From the NCBI GenBank assembly GCA_036170915.1, contig JAVHQC010000022.1:255420-319419 (forward strand): a stretch of DNA of 64,000 nucleotides, written 5' to 3'. Position numbers and translations under genes: made by a program. Source of the DNA: Cyanobacteria bacterium auto_48_18. GTDB taxonomy: Bacteria; Cyanobacteriota; Vampirovibrionia; Obscuribacterales; Obscuribacteraceae. Below the pieces are notes generated by a model. It did no database searches, was not told the origin of the DNA, and saw only the letters and a list, made by a program, of their open reading frames with translations. Numbering within the stretch: position 1 is the first letter of the stretch; the number at the start of each line of letters is the position of its first letter. This document shows, piece by piece, positions 1 through 10,308 of the stretch.

Positions 1-1
1 T

Positions 2-535
2 TTTGAGCATGGAAAAGGCAAACTTGATTTGCTCGAAAGCAATTTTATTCCACTGCATTCATATGTTGTAGATACTTCGAAATTTGATCGAGCACAGTGG
101 CAAACATCAGAGAATCTGTCGCGCTTTGAAGACTATTTGCTCTTGCTCAATTTAGCCGCTCAATGTGATTTCGATTTTTACTACCATAGTCAAGTTCTCT
201 GTCAGTATCGCATTCGCGATGACGGCTCGAACTCTACCCTGCAGGGCAGAGAGCAGGTGTCAACTGCTGAGCGTGACGAATGGGCCCAGGCTTTTAAGTA
301 TATTCAAGAGCAGAAGAAAGCTCTCGTATTTCACATAAACGCCAGTGAGCTTGACGAGATTCTCAAAGCGCGCCAGAGAAGCGAGCAAGAGTGCCAGGCA
401 CTGAAAAAAGTCAATGCCGATCAAGAAGAAGAGCTAGTTTTGCTGCGCCGCGCTTTGCAAAGAAAGTCGGTTGTGGCCGTCTCTAAAATTTTGGCTGTTG
501 CTTCAAATCTACGGACAGCTTTGAAAAAGCAGTAA
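2..535 (+). CDS. GT2-family glycosyltransferase, C-terminal part with coiled-coil tail (5'-truncated by window edge)
   Basis: Frame is open from base 2 (FEHGKGKLDLLESNFIPLHS...). 'NFIPLHS...FEDYLLLL...CQYRIR' resembles the GT2 ED motif region, followed by a heptad-like E/Q/K-rich tail. Confidence 0.6.
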   Translation, partial: FEHGKGKLDLLESNFIPLHSYVVDTSKFDRAQWQTSENLSRFEDYLLLLNLAAQCDFDFYYHSQVLCQYRIRDDGSNSTLQGREQVSTAERDEWAQAFKYIQEQKKALVFHINASELDEILKARQRSEQECQALKKVNADQEEELVLLRRALQRKSVVAVSKILAVASNLRTALKKQ

Positions 536-568
536 AGCCATTGAGTGTGCACCGATTATGCGTTACAG

Positions 569-2212
569 CTATGGTGCGCGGTATAGGCCCACCGCAGCGC
601 CATCAAGTGCTTTGAATGACTTAACCAGTTTGTAATTGGCTTTGATGAAAGCAATTAATTGCTGGTGCGATTGTAGGTTTTGTTCGTCGGCAAATCTAAA
701 GCCCTGATCACCGTCTTTAATCACGTACCAGCGGTAGTTAAGTGCCTGTGCCTGGGTAAATTCTTCTTTGTCGCCCAATGCCGTCCACATGCGGCTTGTG
801 GTGGGTCTGATCTGCATACCCTGTAGCTGTGCCAGCAGCTCGAACTCGTGCACGTCAAGCCCTGCACCAGAGGCGGTGATATTGAGCCATGAAATGGTCT
901 GTTTCCCGTCACGCTCAGCAATGGTGGCTAAAATATCGCTGGCTAACGCACCAGCTTCGCTGTTTGGATATGAATGCTGCCAGAAAACCACAGATTTCTT
1001 GTCAAAGAAAGGCGAGACATGTTCTCGTAAGCTGCAAGCCGTGAGGGATGTAAATGAATTGAGGGCCGTCAAATTGATTGGATAAGGCGAAAAATTGAAT
1101 GATATAAATTGCACTGCCAGAACCATGCTCAACACTGACAAGCCAGCGTATACCAGTTTCTTTTTTGCACTTTGTAAAAGTTGTCCTATGCCGACTCCTC
1201 CTACCACTGCTATCAGTATTACCAGTGGGGCCACATAACGATCACGGGCGGGTTGGTATGAAATCAGACTGAGAGCCAGGGCAGCAGGTAATATAGCGAA
1301 CCATAGAATCAAAAGCTTTTTGTGTGCTTCTTTAGTCAGACTCGTGGCACCAAGCATTGCGGTGAATAACACCAGAGGGCTAGCGCAGTAAATCCAGCTG
1401 CCCAGATAATATTTCAGGTTGAATATGATTCTCTCGGCAGCTGAGCCCCGTTTTGAAAGTTCCACCGCAATTTCTTGGTTTTGCTTTTGCATCGAAGCAA
1501 AGTTGAGCAAAGTCCACGGTAAGCAAAGAACCAGTATTGGTGCAGTTACCAGAGCTAAACTAAGAAGAGCTTTTTTGAGTGTGTTTTGTTTATAAGTTAA
1601 ATAAGCATTGATTAGAAATGGAAAACCAAGGTAAGCAATCGCTACTTGTTTGGACATAATTGCCAGGCCAAGCACTATGCCTGTAACCAGCGAATGTTTA
1701 ACCGTTGATTTGCCGCCTTTCCAGTAAATGGCTGCCAATCCTGCCGCCACCATGGCCGTTAGAGGCTGATCAATCAGGGCGCTATGGCTGAAGTCACAGG
1801 TCAAAATACACATATTGACCAGGCAAATGGCTGCACCGACAGCGGTGCTGCGGCCACTGATTAAAAACGCCATGACGCCGACACTGCCGCTTAGCACCGT
1901 CAGCCAGAAAAGCTTTACTATTTGCAGAGAAAGAGTGGCGTTGTGACAAACAGCCATGGCAATGCCCATGGCCAAGGTGCCAACCGGGGGGTAGTAAGTA
2001 TTGACAGTAAAAAAGCTGCGCCAGAAGCTCAGCCGCCAGGGCCTGGCGTGCTCCAGCAAATTGGCATAAGTAAGGCCATTCATCACATGATTGGCTTCAT
2101 CGCAGGCCGGCACATGTTTGTCGAAGAAGAGCCAGGTCGAAAGGGCCAACAAAAAAAGTGCGGTAGTGGCAAAACCCAATTTTAAGGCTTTGCTTCTTTC
2201 GCTATGGAGCAT
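569..2212 (-). CDS. GT-C fold (ArnT/PMT_2, GT39/GT83-like) membrane glycosyltransferase
   Basis: 547 aa with many TM segments, 'ACDEANH' acidic first loop, 'YYPP', 'LIDQPLT', 'GLAIMSKQ' and 'DRYVAP' motifs. Confidence 0.75.
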   Translation of the reverse strand: MLHSERSKALKLGFATTALFLLALSTWLFFDKHVPACDEANHVMNGLTYANLLEHARPWRLSFWRSFFTVNTYYPPVGTLAMGIAMAVCHNATLSLQIVKLFWLTVLSGSVGVMAFLISGRSTAVGAAICLVNMCILTCDFSHSALIDQPLTAMVAAGLAAIYWKGGKSTVKHSLVTGIVLGLAIMSKQVAIAYLGFPFLINAYLTYKQNTLKKALLSLALVTAPILVLCLPWTLLNFASMQKQNQEIAVELSKRGSAAERIIFNLKYYLGSWIYCASPLVLFTAMLGATSLTKEAHKKLLILWFAILPAALALSLISYQPARDRYVAPLVILIAVVGGVGIGQLLQSAKKKLVYAGLSVLSMVLAVQFISFNFSPYPINLTALNSFTSLTACSLREHVSPFFDKKSVVFWQHSYPNSEAGALASDILATIAERDGKQTISWLNITASGAGLDVHEFELLAQLQGMQIRPTTSRMWTALGDKEEFTQAQALNYRWYVIKDGDQGFRFADEQNLQSHQQLIAFIKANYKLVKSFKALDGAAVGLYRAP

Positions 2213-4556
2213 GCTCTTGCTCCAGTAACACTGTTACAGGGTCGCTCAGCTCGCCCACTGTAACTCCGTCTTTATCGCGCAGGCGCAGTCGAATCTGATG
2301 GTAAGAGCCTGGGGTGAGGCCACCACCATTAATCTCAATGCCGTTGGCTAAAGCAAAAGTCTGTTTTTCCATTACTGCAGCAGAGCCTTCATTATCAGGA
2401 AAATTTTCAAAAAAGGAATTGACTTTGCTGACTTCAATTTGCATCACATCTACATTTAGGTTGGTCACCGGCAGCTGCACGCTCGCTTTCAATTTTCCCC
2501 GGCGGAGAGCAGCGCTGACAACCCCTTCATATGATTCTTGCCCACCGTCAATTTGCAAAACCGGTGCCACTGCCGAAGCCGGTACTAGCCTGCAATTTGA
2601 TAATTCAATCTCGCGCCCTGGTGGTAATAGCAAGAAGAGCGATTCGATAGTCGGTTGCGAATACCAGTGCCAGTCTCGAGAAACTGGCACACGAATGAGA
2701 GTCTTTTTGGCGCCGATTATGCCTTTCGATTGATAATGGCCTGCGCCCTTGTCATTAATGCTGACGCCCAATTTGACTGGCTGCGAAATTTTGTCTAAGA
2801 CTGTTACGTCGGCTTCCAAATAGTCCACACTGAGCGGATTGACGCGCAGATTGTGGAAAGCTAGAGAATCTCCCTCGGCGATATTAGAAAGAATAACTCT
2901 ATTAGAAACAGGCATGAGCTTAACTCCACCAAGACGGTGTGTGTAGCCACTTTCGCTGCTGCTCATAGCGAGCTCTACCGGTGCCGGCGTCGCATTGGCA
3001 GGCAAATAATTGATGTGCACAAATTTGCGTTCGGGGGAGTGCCAGACCAAAATTTTATTGCCTGCCAGTCTTTTAAAACGGGTGCTGTCTATAAAAGGCG
3101 CTTCGCTAAACTGAATAGGATCAAAAGTGACAAACTGCCCCGAGCGATCTTTGTCAGTAAAGGGCGGCTTCAAGGCGGTAGTGAAAGTATTGCCATTGAG
3201 AATCATATGGGCGCCGCCACGCCTTTTGGGTATACCGAGAATCGATATTTTGCTGGTGCCAGCTTCAGGTAAAGCTCGCGCTTGTTTGACCAGTTCCCTT
3301 ACTTCCTGTCCGGCATGTACCCATTCGAGATTGTTTGAGTAGGCCGCTTTACCTAAAACAACTATGCAAGTTGCCACTGCCCCTGCACCAATGATGCTTA
3401 CTGTGTTGGCGAGCAGATTCGGTAATTTCCTTCTTCGTCCTTGCAGTAGTATCAGCGACGGTGCAAGCATTGCAAGTGGCATGGTGAGGAAGAAACAAAA
3501 TCTTCCTCCTTCGAGGTCAAAACCCAGGCCCCAGAGCTTATAGATAGGCGCCAGGCAGGTAATCAGCCAGATCAAAATAAAGACTGACCAGCGAATACTA
3601 ATGGTCAGGCTTGCCAGCCGCAAAACAATTAGTACGGCTAAAATCACATAACAGATTTGCAAAAATGGTTGCTGCCAGGGAGCAGAACCAAAAACATTTT
3701 CTGCCAGGGGGAAAAATAAACGCTTCAGTGTATCCACATCAAGCCAGCGTGAAAGAGCATTAGCTGCCTGCGAATCACCAATGCCCTGCACGTAGCCCCC
3801 CAAGATTGTGCCGAGAGCCAGAAAGCGCAAGATGAAATAAACGACGGTGGAAATCCATAATGGAGCCGCTAATTTGAAAGCACGGCGCAGGCTGAATGTC
3901 TGGCCAAAAAGAAGATATATGGCAGTCACCATTACTGGTGCGCCGATGGCCATTTCTTTGGTCCACATGGCCAACCAGAAGCAGAGCACAGCAAGGCTAA
4001 TGTAGCGTCGATATTGAACTGTGTTTCTTTCGGCGACCACACTGAAAATGAGGCAGGCTAAATAGAAGACTGCGCAGACGATGTCAACTCTTCCCACCAC
4101 CCAAGAAACGCTCTCACAATGCAGCGGAGAGGCCGCAAATAGAGCAGCGCTGAGAAGGGCAACCAGAGCGCCTTGCTTGTTGTTTTGTCGATTGTGGTGG
4201 CTGCCGCTCAATGTGTAAATGAGCCAGTAGAAAAGCACCACCACCACATTATATGAGAGTAAATTGGTCAAATAGTAGCCAAAGGCACTAGCACGCCAGA
4301 GACAAAAATCGGTGAAGAGGCTCACCATCAGCCACGGGCGCCAGACAGCCATTCCGGGTACACGCATAAAATTGCTGGTGAAATCAGCCCAGAGCAAACT
4401 GTAGTCACCGGCAAAAATATGGCTGGCGTAAGCGATCTCGCCAAAATCGTCAGCCAGAAAATAGCTGCCCAGGGTGCGAGCAAACACCAGCCAGACAATG
4501 ATGCTGAGCACAACAACGTGTAAAAGAGGATTTGCCGTAATGCGCAACTTTTCCAT
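2202..4556 (-). CDS. GT-C membrane glycosyltransferase with TMTC/PMT-like N-terminus and large periplasmic beta-rich C-terminus
   Basis: 'YFLADDFGEI', 'WRPW', 'PLHCESVSWVVGRVD', 'WTKEMA' motifs. ATG at 4556 overlaps the upstream stop (TGATG). Confidence 0.7.
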   Translation of the reverse strand: MEKLRITANPLLHVVVLSIIVWLVFARTLGSYFLADDFGEIAYASHIFAGDYSLLWADFTSNFMRVPGMAVWRPWLMVSLFTDFCLWRASAFGYYLTNLLSYNVVVVLFYWLIYTLSGSHHNRQNNKQGALVALLSAALFAASPLHCESVSWVVGRVDIVCAVFYLACLIFSVVAERNTVQYRRYISLAVLCFWLAMWTKEMAIGAPVMVTAIYLLFGQTFSLRRAFKLAAPLWISTVVYFILRFLALGTILGGYVQGIGDSQAANALSRWLDVDTLKRLFFPLAENVFGSAPWQQPFLQICYVILAVLIVLRLASLTISIRWSVFILIWLITCLAPIYKLWGLGFDLEGGRFCFFLTMPLAMLAPSLILLQGRRRKLPNLLANTVSIIGAGAVATCIVVLGKAAYSNNLEWVHAGQEVRELVKQARALPEAGTSKISILGIPKRRGGAHMILNGNTFTTALKPPFTDKDRSGQFVTFDPIQFSEAPFIDSTRFKRLAGNKILVWHSPERKFVHINYLPANATPAPVELAMSSSESGYTHRLGGVKLMPVSNRVILSNIAEGDSLAFHNLRVNPLSVDYLEADVTVLDKISQPVKLGVSINDKGAGHYQSKGIIGAKKTLIRVPVSRDWHWYSQPTIESLFLLLPPGREIELSNCRLVPASAVAPVLQIDGGQESYEGVVSAALRRGKLKASVQLPVTNLNVDVMQIEVSKVNSFFENFPDNEGSAAVMEKQTFALANGIEINGGGLTPGSYHQIRLRLRDKDGVTVGELSDPVTVLLEQEHAP

Positions 4557-7237
4557 CAGAAAATTTCCTGCGGCGAATAAAAGGGATGGCAATTGATTTC
4601 GCGAGCAGATAGATTAATCGAGGCTGATTTGTCTGGGTATGAGCAGTGCAGCTGCAAGTTTGTGCCATGAGTTTTACCGAGGTTGACCACAAATGATTGT
4701 TTTAAAGGCTGACCAGGGGTTATTTTAAGCAGGCCCGGCAGAGGTAGTTTGTGCTCGTGACCGTCTGAAGTCCAGGTGAGGTAAAGCTCAGGAGATAGTG
4801 GCGTGGCATCAATTAATGGTGCCATATTTTTGTTGCTGTTACCCGGCCAGTTGATATTGACACCGAGTAGTTGCTGATTGGCTAGCACCAGTGCTGGTGC
4901 TATGGCCAGTTGTGCTTCGCCTCCAGTGCCACTGCTCTCTGCCGGTTTAATTCCAGGTCTCAGCGAATTTCCCTTGACTTTGATCAGGCGCACATTTAAA
5001 TCTAGACCTTCGCCAATGGCCTCGCTGGCCCCTTTGTATGAGATAGACCATTTGCCCTGTCGTGCCGACACCTTTTCATCATAGCGAGGGTCTGTGAGCC
5101 CGCTGTCGTTCTCTACACCATAAAAAGCTTTCTCCCACGAATAAACTGCTCGAGAAGGAATAACATGACCGAGCCCGGCAGAGAACAATTTAGTCGGGGC
5201 AGACGACTTTTGTTCAATGGCAATTTCGTTGGTGATGGTTAGTTGCTCTTCATTTAAAGGAATGGCAAACCATTGCCGAAGGTCACTGTTGCTTACTCCT
5301 GCCGGCCCGCTGAGGCAATCAAAAATGTAGGCGCACTCCAGGTAAGAGCCGCCAGCACTATTGGTTTTGAGATAATTCCAATCGTCTAGTGAACTGATTG
5401 CGGCAATGGCTGAGCCCGACTCTAATCCAGGCTCTAATAAGTTATGGCCATTAAGTGTCAGGTCAAATTGATTTCTTAGTAGTTGCCCCTGGTCGCTATC
5501 TACCAAAATGAACCACTGGTCGGCTTCATCTTTTTTAAGTGCGCTCGCAGGCAATAAAATTTGGCCGCTCAACTTTTCGCCTGGGCGGTTGAGAGTAATT
5601 ATGCCTTCACCTGCCCGTCCATTGGCGCGCTGACTGATGGCACACAGGCCAACGGCAAGAATTGCCAGCCCCACTGTCAAAAGGCGCGCTATGCGCTTAC
5701 TGAGCGGCTGCCAGTCTAAGCGGTTGATAGTTAAATAGATAGCGACAAAAAAAGCAAGGGCGCAGGCACCAGCAGTAATACCACGGGCTATGAGGTCTGT
5801 GCCTTGAACAATATAAAGGCTGGCGGTGTCGCTGCCAAAAGAAAAAGGTGCTCTGATATCGTCGCGTAAGTATAGAAGCAGAGCCAGACCTGACAGTAGT
5901 ACTGCTTTGGGAGCATTGGCACGAGGATTGGCTCTAATCAGGTCAATTAGCGTAGTCAATGCTGCCGCTGCAAAAATGATAAAGGCCGGCATGGCCAGCA
6001 GGTTATAGCGAGGCACCGTGATGAAAGCCAGGTAAGGCAGATTCAAAACAACTAGTAAAATCACGAGCAGCCTGCCTGCGGTCAGCCTGCGTCCGGCCCC
6101 TACTGTGGCCAGGCACAAACCACATAGTGACAGCAAAATGACAATTTGATGGAAGAGCACTTGTTGCTGAAAAGCCACAGGTCCGATGCTAATTCTGAAA
6201 TCGTTCCACGGGAATTTATAAAGTCTTGCCGGTTTATCTAGAGCCAGTTTGATAAAACGAGAAGAACTTTTTTTCAAAGCTTCTTGTGTCAGGGTGGCGA
6301 AGCTTTTCTTTTCGATGCCGTTACCATCAGGATAGGGATAACTAAGAAAGCCTTGAATGTCGCTATTTGTGCCGATAAAAAGATTGTAGTTGCCGACTCT
6401 GTCCACAATGGGCGACATTTTATTAAATGCCGTTTTTTGAAAAATAAACCAGGGGGCCAGTATCAGCGTCATACCAAAAATGGTGGCAAGCACGGCTTTT
6501 AACGCCGGCCTCCAGTTTGTCAATTTGCCTTCTGTGGCTGCCATGGCCACTGCAGCCAGTGCACTTACTGTAAACAGAATCATTGACGAGCGGGTCAACT
6601 GCAAAAGCACCAACAAAACGCCAAGACCAATGCAGAAAGCCACCGCTTTTGCACGAGTGAAGAACAACCTGACTAGAATGACAAGGGCGGCCATTTCTAA
6701 AAATGTGGCAAAAGTTTCGCTGTACAGCCGACCGCTGTTGACGATAAAGGCCGGGTAGAACGCTGCTATATACCCGGCTACGAGGCCGGTTTTGCGGTTC
6801 CAGAGCCTGCCTGTGGCAATGGCGATAAAGACTGCGGTAGCTGCTGATATTAAAGACTGAGCCGTCAAAAACAAATCTGAATTGGCGGCGTTGAATGGGC
6901 TAAAAGTTAAAGCGGAGCAGAGCCATAGAAAAAATGGAAAGGTAGGGCCCGAAATAGCAAATTCTTTCCATTCGGGCCCGAACACAGGTGCGGCAAAATT
7001 GAGTTTACTTAAAGCTGTTGCATAACGCAGATATTCAGACGCGTCTGAGACCCCGTAACAGTTGATATGTTCGGTACCGAAGTTGAACCAGAGGCGCACA
7101 GCCAGTGCCACTGCAAACAGATAAAGCAAAGCCGATAGAGGCTTCGACTGTGTGCCGGAAGGGGTCACAGAGGCTTCGCTCGCAAGCAAACCGTTGTTAT
7201 TCGTGCTTTCCTGCGAGGTTTCCACCAAGTCGCTCAT
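4556..7237 (-). CDS. GT-C fold (ArnT/PMT_2-like) membrane glycosyltransferase with large soluble C-terminal domain
   Basis: 'SDASEY', 'GPTFPFFL', 'LYSETF', 'PRYNL' motifs and many TM helices. ATG at 7237 follows an AAGGA RBS. Confidence 0.7.
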   Translation of the reverse strand: MSDLVETSQESTNNNGLLASEASVTPSGTQSKPLSALLYLFAVALAVRLWFNFGTEHINCYGVSDASEYLRYATALSKLNFAAPVFGPEWKEFAISGPTFPFFLWLCSALTFSPFNAANSDLFLTAQSLISAATAVFIAIATGRLWNRKTGLVAGYIAAFYPAFIVNSGRLYSETFATFLEMAALVILVRLFFTRAKAVAFCIGLGVLLVLLQLTRSSMILFTVSALAAVAMAATEGKLTNWRPALKAVLATIFGMTLILAPWFIFQKTAFNKMSPIVDRVGNYNLFIGTNSDIQGFLSYPYPDGNGIEKKSFATLTQEALKKSSSRFIKLALDKPARLYKFPWNDFRISIGPVAFQQQVLFHQIVILLSLCGLCLATVGAGRRLTAGRLLVILLVVLNLPYLAFITVPRYNLLAMPAFIIFAAAALTTLIDLIRANPRANAPKAVLLSGLALLLYLRDDIRAPFSFGSDTASLYIVQGTDLIARGITAGACALAFFVAIYLTINRLDWQPLSKRIARLLTVGLAILAVGLCAISQRANGRAGEGIITLNRPGEKLSGQILLPASALKKDEADQWFILVDSDQGQLLRNQFDLTLNGHNLLEPGLESGSAIAAISSLDDWNYLKTNSAGGSYLECAYIFDCLSGPAGVSNSDLRQWFAIPLNEEQLTITNEIAIEQKSSAPTKLFSAGLGHVIPSRAVYSWEKAFYGVENDSGLTDPRYDEKVSARQGKWSISYKGASEAIGEGLDLNVRLIKVKGNSLRPGIKPAESSGTGGEAQLAIAPALVLANQQLLGVNINWPGNSNKNMAPLIDATPLSPELYLTWTSDGHEHKLPLPGLLKITPGQPLKQSFVVNLGKTHGTNLQLHCSYPDKSASINLSAREINCHPFYSPQEIF

Positions 7238-8747
7238 TATCCTTTCGGTCAATGGAAGTTTCCAGATTGGTCAAAAATCGCGGCATCTTTTCTTCTCTGA
7301 TGCCCGCCAGTCTCGCTGTTTTTCTTAAAACCTTGCTCCCTAATTTAGCGGCAAAAAGTTTGGGACGAGCCTTGAGAATGCGCCACCAGTGTGCCACTCT
7401 GAAGCGATAAGAGCGCTGGAAGAGCAAATCGTATATTGATTTGTCGAAGCTATCTATGAGGGTAGCGGCGTCTTCAGTGGCACGACGATAATCATGGTGA
7501 TAGAGACTGCGTGCCGCCGGTGAATTTTTTCGCTCGGCAGATAGAGCGATTGCTTGCTCGTAGCATTTTACTGTTTGCCTGGCAATCTCAGTGCGATCAA
7601 AGTTTTTTACTGCCCGCTCGCGAGCGCCCTGGCTAAGCCGTTTGCGCTCGGCCTCGTCAGTGAGCAAAGTGATGCAGGCGCGGGCCAGTGCGTCGGCATC
7701 ACAGGCCGGAATAATCAGGCCAGATAGATTGTGTTCGATATATTCTTTGGTGCCGCCGGCGTCGGTGCCAATTACCGGTTTGCCGCAAGCCATAGCTTCG
7801 AGGCAGGTGTAAGGCGAGTTATCGTAAACAGACGGCACCAGTGAAATGTCGGCGCTGCGGTAGTAACTGGGCAATTGATCGAGTGTAATGCGGTCAATAA
7901 ATTTGACATAGCTACTGCAGTTGCTTTGCGCCAGTGATTTTTTCAAACCAGCCAATACTGAAGTCATACCTTCACCAGTGGTGGTGTCATCACCAATTAT
8001 GACAAATTCAACTTGAGGACAAGCGGCCACAATTTTTGGTATGGCATCAACTAAATAAGTGATGCCCTTGCGCCCTTCAAGGCGACCGACAAATAATAGG
8101 CGCAATTTGTCGCTGCGCGGCAGAGCTTGTTCACCCTCTGGAGTAAAGACAGTGGTATCAATGGGGTTTCTGACAATTTCGATTTTGTTTAGTGCAATGC
8201 CCAGATCGCCTGAGACAAATTCGGCTAAATCAATGCTTGGAGAGGTGAGCACATCAGCCTGCAGCATGGCAATGCGTTCTAACATGGCCACAAATTGATG
8301 ATCAAAAGACGGCACCACATTGTGTAGTTTTTCAGCAATAAATTTTGAATGAGGCGTATAAAGACGTATCACCAGCGGCGCTGCTTGCGTCACCGCCGGC
8401 ACAATGCCCTCAGCCAGAAGCTCGGGAGTATCAACCACATCGAATGGTTTTTCATTATGCAGCTGAGCGAATTTGTCCCACAGAGCCATACTGCAAAATA
8501 AGACATATTTGCTGTACGGAATGCACATGCTCAAAGCTGCGAGCTTTGAAGTGAAAGGATAGGCCTCTACCCGGTGGATGGTAATACCGTTATCATCCAC
8601 AACTTTGGCCTTTTCTTTAGCCAGAGAAACGACAACAACATCGTGGCCTAAATTTTTCAGCCCATGAGCCAGATGTTTGGTAAATGTGGCGATGCCACCA
8701 AAGCCGGTTTCGGGTGGATATTCTCTCGATATAAGACAGATTCGCAT
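7197..8747 (-). CDS. GT4-family glycosyltransferase
   Basis: 'ISREYPPETGFGGI', 'FVGRLEGRKG', 'DNSPYTCLEAMACGKPVI' GT-B motifs. Confidence 0.92.
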   Translation of the reverse strand: MRICLISREYPPETGFGGIATFTKHLAHGLKNLGHDVVVVSLAKEKAKVVDDNGITIHRVEAYPFTSKLAALSMCIPYSKYVLFCSMALWDKFAQLHNEKPFDVVDTPELLAEGIVPAVTQAAPLVIRLYTPHSKFIAEKLHNVVPSFDHQFVAMLERIAMLQADVLTSPSIDLAEFVSGDLGIALNKIEIVRNPIDTTVFTPEGEQALPRSDKLRLLFVGRLEGRKGITYLVDAIPKIVAACPQVEFVIIGDDTTTGEGMTSVLAGLKKSLAQSNCSSYVKFIDRITLDQLPSYYRSADISLVPSVYDNSPYTCLEAMACGKPVIGTDAGGTKEYIEHNLSGLIIPACDADALARACITLLTDEAERKRLSQGARERAVKNFDRTEIARQTVKCYEQAIALSAERKNSPAARSLYHHDYRRATEDAATLIDSFDKSIYDLLFQRSYRFRVAHWWRILKARPKLFAAKLGSKVLRKTARLAGIREEKMPRFLTNLETSIDRKDNERLGGNLAGKHE

Positions 8748-8863
8748 ATACCGATATTCTAGCGTTGTAAGGCACCCTGGTGTGGGCTTCTAAAATAGTA
8801 TCTCTAAAATTCTGGTAACATAGCCGACTAGCGGCTGTTAATGCTGGTTTGCACTATTTGGCT

Positions 8864-10288
8864 ATGAGAAGAGTTTTACTTACTGCCCACAAGTTTTTTC
8901 CGGAGCATCGCGCCGGAACTGAAGTGCTGACCCTAAAAATTGCACAAGAGTTGCAGAAGCGAAATTACGAAGTAAAGGTTGTGGCGGCTAATCCACCAGA
9001 TCTTGATGCCAGGCGCAAAGCCGAGACCGCTTCGCAAATTGAAAGCAATTATGATTTTGAAGGTGTTCCGGTTCACATAGTCGAAGAAGGGCTCAGGCTC
9101 AAAGATTACAAATTTGATTTTGAATATTATCATCCTCACATAAAAGCTCATTTTGCCAAGCTTTTGCAGGAGTTCAAGCCTGATCTCGTACAGGCAGTGC
9201 ATGTACAAAACCTTTCGGCAGCGGTGATTGAGGCCTGCAATGAGGCTCGCGTGCCGGTTGTTTTTTACAGTACTGATTTCTGGTTTGTTTGCCCGATAGT
9301 GCAATTAAAACGACCAGACGGAGCCGTTTGTCGAGGGCCTGGACCACTGGCGCTTAAATGTTTGGATTGTTATACACCCAGATTATTTCCGGGAGACGCA
9401 GAAATTGTTCAGGCGGTGACCGAAAAATATCCTGCTGTTGGTACCAATCTAGAAACATTGCCGAATGCTGTAAAAGACCTGGCAAAGTCTGCTTTAAGCT
9501 CCCTTTACCGAACCACCAAACTGCCTTTAGCTGTGCAGGCAACCATGGCGCGACCAGCAATATTGAAAGATTTTGCCAATGGTCTGACCAAAATATTGGT
9601 GCCGACTAAATTGATGCGCGACATTTTTGTTGAAAATGGTATTAATGACAAGCTTATCCGCATCGTTCATTTCGGCATAGATACGGCAAAACTGGTGGAT
9701 CACCAGGTCAAGAAACCATCAGAAAAGCTGCGCATAGGCTATATCGGCACCTTTTTTGAACATAAAGGTGTTGATCTCTTGATTAAGGCTTTCCTGTCGC
9801 TCTCTGCTGAACACGCTTCTAGAGCCGAGCTCAAGCTATATGGAGACGTGACTCAGTTTCCTGAATATGTGGCGCAGTTAAAAAAGTTAGTAGTGGATGC
9901 TGGTGCAAAGGGTGATGCAGTGAGCTTCCTTGGCACTTTTCCTAATGACACGCTCGGTTCAGTGCTCGAAGAAATCGATGTTCTGGTTGTGCCATCTCGC
10001 TGGTATGAAAACACTCCGCTGGTGATGCAATCGGCGCTGTCCACCCGCACTCCACTGATTGTCACTGATCTGGGGGGCATGTCTGAACTAGTAACAGAAG
10101 GCGAAAACGGATTATTGTTCAAACTTAATGATCATGGGTCGCTGGCGCGGCAATTAACTGCGGTGCTTGCTGATAGTACGCTGCTGGCAAAATTTTCCGC
10201 CAACATAAAACCTGAACGCACAGTTGCCGACATGGTTGATGATATAGAATCTGTGTACGAAGAAGTACTGACCGTGCGGCGTCAATAA
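8864..10288 (+). CDS. GT4-family glycosyltransferase
   Basis: 'HKFFPEHRAGTE', 'YIGTFFEHKG', 'VPSRWYENTPLV' motifs. Confidence 0.9.
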   Translation: MRRVLLTAHKFFPEHRAGTEVLTLKIAQELQKRNYEVKVVAANPPDLDARRKAETASQIESNYDFEGVPVHIVEEGLRLKDYKFDFEYYHPHIKAHFAKLLQEFKPDLVQAVHVQNLSAAVIEACNEARVPVVFYSTDFWFVCPIVQLKRPDGAVCRGPGPLALKCLDCYTPRLFPGDAEIVQAVTEKYPAVGTNLETLPNAVKDLAKSALSSLYRTTKLPLAVQATMARPAILKDFANGLTKILVPTKLMRDIFVENGINDKLIRIVHFGIDTAKLVDHQVKKPSEKLRIGYIGTFFEHKGVDLLIKAFLSLSAEHASRAELKLYGDVTQFPEYVAQLKKLVVDAGAKGDAVSFLGTFPNDTLGSVLEEIDVLVVPSRWYENTPLVMQSALSTRTPLIVTDLGGMSELVTEGENGLLFKLNDHGSLARQLTAVLADSTLLAKFSANIKPERTVADMVDDIESVYEEVLTVRRQ

Positions 10289-10308
10289 AAAGCGGCAAGA
10301 ATCAAGTT

